Positions 60,199 through 64,000 of a stretch of DNA of 64,000 nt are shown here, in pieces. The number at the start of each line of letters is the position of its first letter. The stretch's first letter is position 1. This DNA is from Candidatus Portnoybacteria bacterium RBG_19FT_COMBO_36_7 (GTDB lineage Bacteria; Patescibacteriota; Minisyncoccia; Portnoybacterales; GWB1-42-6), in contig MHMW01000018.1 in the NCBI GenBank assembly GCA_001819495.1, positions 3,322 through 67,321 of the forward strand. Direction: 5' to 3'. The notes beneath the pieces were generated by a model, which was not told the DNA's origin, ran no database searches, and saw only the letters and a list, made by a program, of their open reading frames with translations. The translations under genes and the position numbers were made by a program.

Positions 60199-61473
60199 TT
60201 AAAGACCTTCATACTCTCGCATCGTCAATTGAGAATCGACCTGCCTGATAGTTTCCAAAACCACTGCTACGACGATAAGGATAGAAGTACCGCCGACCGT
60301 AAAAGTAGTCACTCCTGTTGCGCCCTGAACGATATTTGGCGCAATGGCAATCAAGCCCAAAAATATAGCGCCGACCAGCAAGACTCTGTTCAAAATAAAA
60401 TTAAGAAAATCTGAAGTTGGCTTGCCGGGCCGGATACCCGGAATAAAACCGCCCATTTTTTGCAGATTTTCGGCGATATTTTTTGGATCAAAAGTGACGG
60501 CTGTATAAAAATATGTAAAAAGCAGAACCAGAACAAAATAAATAACGCTGTAGATAATCTGGCCTTGCTCGAATATATCTCGCAAAAATGTGGCAGCGTT
60601 GGCGATCCAGGGAGTAGAAGAATTGGCAAAAAAATTGCCGATCATACCCGGAAAAAGCATTATCGATAAAGCAAAGATAATCGGGATAACTCCTGCCGGA
60701 TTAACATTCATGGGCAGATAAGTTGAAACTCCGCCGTACATACGATTGCCACGAATTCTTTTGGCGTAAGATACGGGGATATTGCGCCGGCCTTCGGTTA
60801 TAATAACCACACCCACAATTACCAAAAGGCTAATCGCGATAAATCCAAGATAAGCAGGAATTTTGGTCGGGTCCCAGGTGGTCAGAGTCTGCCTGAAAGA
60901 AGTCGGAAATCCCGCCACGATGCCGGCAAAAATCAGCAATGATACTCCGTTACCAATCCCTTTCTCGGAAATTAACTCGCCTATCCACATCAAAAATATT
61001 GTTCCCGCAGTAATAACAGTTATTGTCGTCACTAATTGATAAGTGCTTAAAAATCCAATGACCTGCTGGTTACGCAAAATGCCGATCATGGCGTAAGCCT
61101 GCAATGCGGCCAGAGGAATAGTGAGCAATCTGGCATACTGATTGAATTTCTGCCGGCCGGCCTCGCCTTCTTCTTTGTACATCTGTTCCAGCCGCGGGAA
61201 GATCATCGTCAGAAGCTGCATAATGATAAGGCCGGTGATGTATGGACCTAATCCCAGCATCGCCACTGAAAAATTGCTCATTGCCCCGCCGGTAAAAAGA
61301 TTAAGCAGACCAAACAGCTGATTGCCCTCAAAAAAAGCACGAAGTTTTGTTAAATCAATTCCGGGCACAGGAATATTAGCTATAATCCGGAAAACGACAA
61401 AAGCACCAAGGACAAATAATATTTTGTTTCGTAGCTCTGGGACTTTAAAAATCTGAATTATCTTATTCCACAT
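60199..61473 (-). CDS. secY: Preprotein translocase SecY
   Basis: LGLGPYIT, GIGNGVSL, AGVIPIIFA and FIPGIRPG. Confidence 0.96.
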   Translation of the reverse strand: MWNKIIQIFKVPELRNKILFVLGAFVVFRIIANIPVPGIDLTKLRAFFEGNQLFGLLNLFTGGAMSNFSVAMLGLGPYITGLIIMQLLTMIFPRLEQMYKEEGEAGRQKFNQYARLLTIPLAALQAYAMIGILRNQQVIGFLSTYQLVTTITVITAGTIFLMWIGELISEKGIGNGVSLLIFAGIVAGFPTSFRQTLTTWDPTKIPAYLGFIAISLLVIVGVVIITEGRRNIPVSYAKRIRGNRMYGGVSTYLPMNVNPAGVIPIIFALSIMLFPGMIGNFFANSSTPWIANAATFLRDIFEQGQIIYSVIYFVLVLLFTYFYTAVTFDPKNIAENLQKMGGFIPGIRPGKPTSDFLNFILNRVLLVGAIFLGLIAIAPNIVQGATGVTTFTVGGTSILIVVAVVLETIRQVDSQLTMREYEGL

Positions 61474-61589
61474 ATATCCTATTAAAATTTAAATTGTAAA
61501 AATCAAAATTCAAAACTACAGTTCAAAATTAAAAATTTAAATTTTGCATTGCTCGCCTCGCTGTAGCTTTGGCGAAGCGGGTCATTTTG

Positions 61590-61697
61590 CCTGCCCGCCA
61601 ATTGCCAAAAAGAATAAATCACTCAAAGAATTTTTATTTGCTTTGACTAATTGTCGCTGTCAGTTAAGAATAATCACAATTGGCTCTGGCAGGCGGG
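61590..61697. mobile_element. 108-bp MITE-like cassette (family C), opposite orientation
   Basis: cctgcccgccaattgccaaa...attggctctggcaggcggg flanked by CATTTTG / CATTTTA. Confidence 0.75.
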
Positions 61698-61701
61698 CAT
61701 T

Positions 61702-62148
61702 TTAATATTTGATTTTTGAATTTATGGTGCCGCCAACTTTCTTTATCTTCTTTATCGCGCTTGCAGAAAATTTAAATTCTTTAAAAACAAGTTTCTTTGT
61801 GACTTCTCCCTCTCCTAAAATCTTAATGTTTGGCATCGCCCCTTTTATTCTACTAATTAATTTCTTCTTAAGCAATGAGGCGACTGAAACGATTTCCCCT
61901 TCTTTGAATGCCTTGTTTAAAATATCCAAGTTCATGATGATAAACTTCCGCGCCACTGGTTTAAATTTATAGCCTCTTTTTTTGGGAATTTGTTTTATCA
62001 AATCCCGCCAGGCCGGCCTGATTTTAGCACCGGCTCTTGACTTCTGCCCCTTGACGCCGCGGCCCGAAAAAGTGCCGTGAGCGCCGCCCCGGCCAACACG
62101 TTTTTTTGATTTTTGTTTTTGTTTTGGTGAAATTTGATGAAACTGCAT
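61702..62148 (-). CDS. rplO: 50S ribosomal protein L15
   Basis: KRVGRGG, GRGVKGQKSRAG and KILGEG. Confidence 0.94.
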   Translation of the reverse strand: MQFHQISPKQKQKSKKRVGRGGAHGTFSGRGVKGQKSRAGAKIRPAWRDLIKQIPKKRGYKFKPVARKFIIMNLDILNKAFKEGEIVSVASLLKKKLISRIKGAMPNIKILGEGEVTKKLVFKEFKFSASAIKKIKKVGGTINSKIKY

Positions 62149-62163
62149 AATCGTAATCAAAAA

Positions 62164-62643
62164 TTATTTCTTCATCCTTATTTTTTCAAACGCAGCCAAA
62201 GTGGCTCTGGCATTATTAATTTTATTGGTAGTGCGGCTGACCACTTTTGCGGAAATATTCTGAATTCCTACCAAATCACAGATAACTCTGACCACGCCGC
62301 CTGCCACCAAACCTCTGCCTTTTTTAGCTGGCTTTAAAATAACTTTTGCGGCGCCGAATTTTGCCGTTACTTCATGCGGAATAGTGGCGTCTTTTATTGG
62401 CACGATCAACAAATTTTTCTTGGCGCTGGCGACCGCCTTTTCAACCGCCGTGGTTACATCCTGGGCCTTGGCAATTCCCAAAGCCACTTTTCCAGCTCTG
62501 TTGCCAATAACAACAGCTGTCCGGAAACGGAAACGCCGGCCGCCGGCCACGACTCTGGTGACCCTGGCCACATCCAAAACTTTCTGATCATATTCAGATT
62601 TTTCTCTTTCTCTTCCTCTAAATTTTCTCATTGGTTCTGCCAT
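62164..62643 (-). CDS. rpsE: 30S ribosomal protein S5
   Basis: RVTRVVAGGRRFRF and TIPHEV. Confidence 0.95.
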   Translation of the reverse strand: MAEPMRKFRGREREKSEYDQKVLDVARVTRVVAGGRRFRFRTAVVIGNRAGKVALGIAKAQDVTTAVEKAVASAKKNLLIVPIKDATIPHEVTAKFGAAKVILKPAKKGRGLVAGGVVRVICDLVGIQNISAKVVSRTTNKINNARATLAAFEKIRMKK

Positions 62644-62707
62644 AATTGTCTAAATTTATGAACGGAGCGCATTGCGTAATAAAATAAATTTAGCTACAAC
62701 AATGAGC

Positions 62708-62773
62708 ACCGAGCACATAATTTATTCTTTGTGCTCTGAGTATATCTGATGAAGAATAAATTATGTGCTCGGT
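62708..62773. repeat. Perfect 22-bp inverted repeat
   Basis: accgagcacataatttattctt (62708-62729) / aagaataaattatgtgctcggt (62752-62773). Confidence 0.85.
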
Positions 62774-62831
62774 AAAGGTTTTGTTACAGAAAACTGTTCG
62801 TCTTTTCGACTCCAGATTTCTGACAAAGCCC

Positions 62832-63191
62832 TTAAAATTTTAATCCTCCTTCTTTCGCTCCTTGCGCCAGCTCCCTTATCCGTCCATGGAATTTACAGCC
62901 GCGCCTGTCAAAAACGACCTCTTTTATCTTCAGATCTGCCGCTTTTTTTGCCAGAAGCTTTCCTACTTCTTTGGCCAATTCAATCTTTTTCATTTTTCTT
63001 GATTTTATTTCCGAATCTTTGGCGCTGACTAAAGTTTTTGATTTTTCGTCGTCTATCAACTGACTATAAATGTGCTGATGACTGCGAAAAACCAAAAGTC
63101 GCGGCCGTTTGCTTGTCCCTTTTATCTTTCCCCTGATGCGCCGGTGCCGCATCGCAAGTTTTTGTCTTTTTATCTTAAGATTATCTTTCAT
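62832..63191 (-). CDS. rplR: 50S ribosomal protein L18
   Basis: [14 protein letters not shown] and FHGRI. Confidence 0.95.
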   Translation of the reverse strand: MKDNLKIKRQKLAMRHRRIRGKIKGTSKRPRLLVFRSHQHIYSQLIDDEKSKTLVSAKDSEIKSRKMKKIELAKEVGKLLAKKAADLKIKEVVFDRRGCKFHGRIRELAQGAKEGGLKF

Positions 63192-63194
63192 ATT

Positions 63195-63749
63195 TTATAA
63201 CTCTGCAGATACAGCTTTCTTGCCCGCTTTAATTTTTATCGTCTCACCCTGATATCTGATACCCTTGCCTTTATAAGGCTCTGGTTTTTTACGCGCACGG
63301 ATATTGGCGGCTGTTTGACCAACCATCTCTTTATCAGCACCACTGACAATAATCACATTTTTTTCAACTTTGAATTCTATCCCCGGCGGCGCCTCGATTT
63401 CCACGGGATGCGAAAAACCAATATTTAGCACCAGTTTATTCCCTTGAACTATGAAACGATAACCGACACCTTCAACTTCTAATCTTTTTTCATAACCGTC
63501 TTTTGCTCCTTTGACTAAATTTGCCAACAAAGCACGGCTTAACCCCCAAAGCGCCATTATTTTTTTATCGGCGGTGTTCTCTAAAATAGGAAAAACAACG
63601 ATATTATTATCTTCAATTTTTGCACTAATGCCGTCTGGCAACTGGCGCCTAAGCTCCCCTTTTGGCCCCTTGGCAATAACAAAATTACTTTCGATCTTGA
63701 CTTCGACTTTTTCCGGAATCGGGATTGGCTGTTTGCCTATGCGACTCAT
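63195..63749 (-). CDS. rplF: 50S ribosomal protein L6
   Basis: MSRIGKQP, GVGYR and PEPYKGKGIRY. Confidence 0.96.
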   Translation of the reverse strand: MSRIGKQPIPIPEKVEVKIESNFVIAKGPKGELRRQLPDGISAKIEDNNIVVFPILENTADKKIMALWGLSRALLANLVKGAKDGYEKRLEVEGVGYRFIVQGNKLVLNIGFSHPVEIEAPPGIEFKVEKNVIIVSGADKEMVGQTAANIRARKKPEPYKGKGIRYQGETIKIKAGKKAVSAEL

Positions 63750-63755
63750 AAAAAT

Positions 63756-64000
63756 TTAATAAATTTCGCAGATTAATTCTCCGCCCAAACCTGCTTTTTT
63801 AGCTTCGCTGCCGGACATCAGCCCCTTTGATGTTGAAATTATCAGTCTGCCAAAACCCTGCCTGGTTGTCTGAATTTCCTTCTTTCCGATATAGATACGG
63901 CGGCTCGGCTTGCTCTTTCTGATTATATTCTCTATGGCGGGCTGCCCCTCTTCATATCTTAGACTAATTATTATTTTTCTGGCTGCCTTTTTACCTTTTT
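63756..64000 (-). CDS. rpsH: 30S ribosomal protein S8 (partial, C-terminal part)
   Basis: Hand translation gives SKPSRRIY...ISTSKGLMS...GLGGELICEIY*. Confidence 0.93.
   Translation of the reverse strand, partial: KGKKAARKIIISLRYEEGQPAIENIIRKSKPSRRIYIGKKEIQTTRQGFGRLIISTSKGLMSGSEAKKAGLGGELICEIY

Noticed and set aside
62149-62163. Absence of rpmD (L30) between rpsE and rplO
   Set aside because: Real, but a known CPR trait; used only as a taxonomic clue.
747-63759. Numerous short ORFs antisense to or overlapping the annotated genes
   Set aside because: Shadow ORFs of well-supported genes, with no motifs or independent expression signals.

Overview
Bacterial chromosome segment, almost entirely on the minus strand, with the gene content of a Patescibacteria (CPR, probably Parcubacteria) genome. 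Supporting signs are the missing rpmD between rpsE and rplO, DUF5667/DUF4012-type proteins, a large secreted surface protein and short leaders without a Shine-Dalgarno (SD) site. It contains two O-antigen-ligase/oligosaccharyltransferase-like genes, a TPR gene and a 1210-aa surface protein; an ECF sigma factor; galU; clpB/htrA; iscS/iscU; a glycoside-utilisation cluster; ftsEX; frameshifted prfB; a csoR-copA copper operon; lepA; a murJ/glycosyltransferase cluster; rnpB; rnhA, recJ, pgk, tpiA and galT; and the end of the spc operon (rpsH to map), plus three tRNAs. No CRISPR array, transposase, integrase or reverse transcriptase was seen. The most striking content is non-coding and read by eye. 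(i) Five small inverted-repeat cassettes sit exactly at start codons and duplicate the ATG; most are at the predicted transcription start, and one carries a nested second cassette. (ii) An intact tRNA-Thr(CGT) is flanked by inverted repeats and sits inside the split remains of another tRNA. (iii) Two 108-bp cassettes share ends, have unrelated cores and carry 7-bp target duplications. (iv) Heptamer tandem repeats and palindromes occur in spacers and as in-frame inserts in conserved proteins. All protein calls come from motif recognition; no searches were run.
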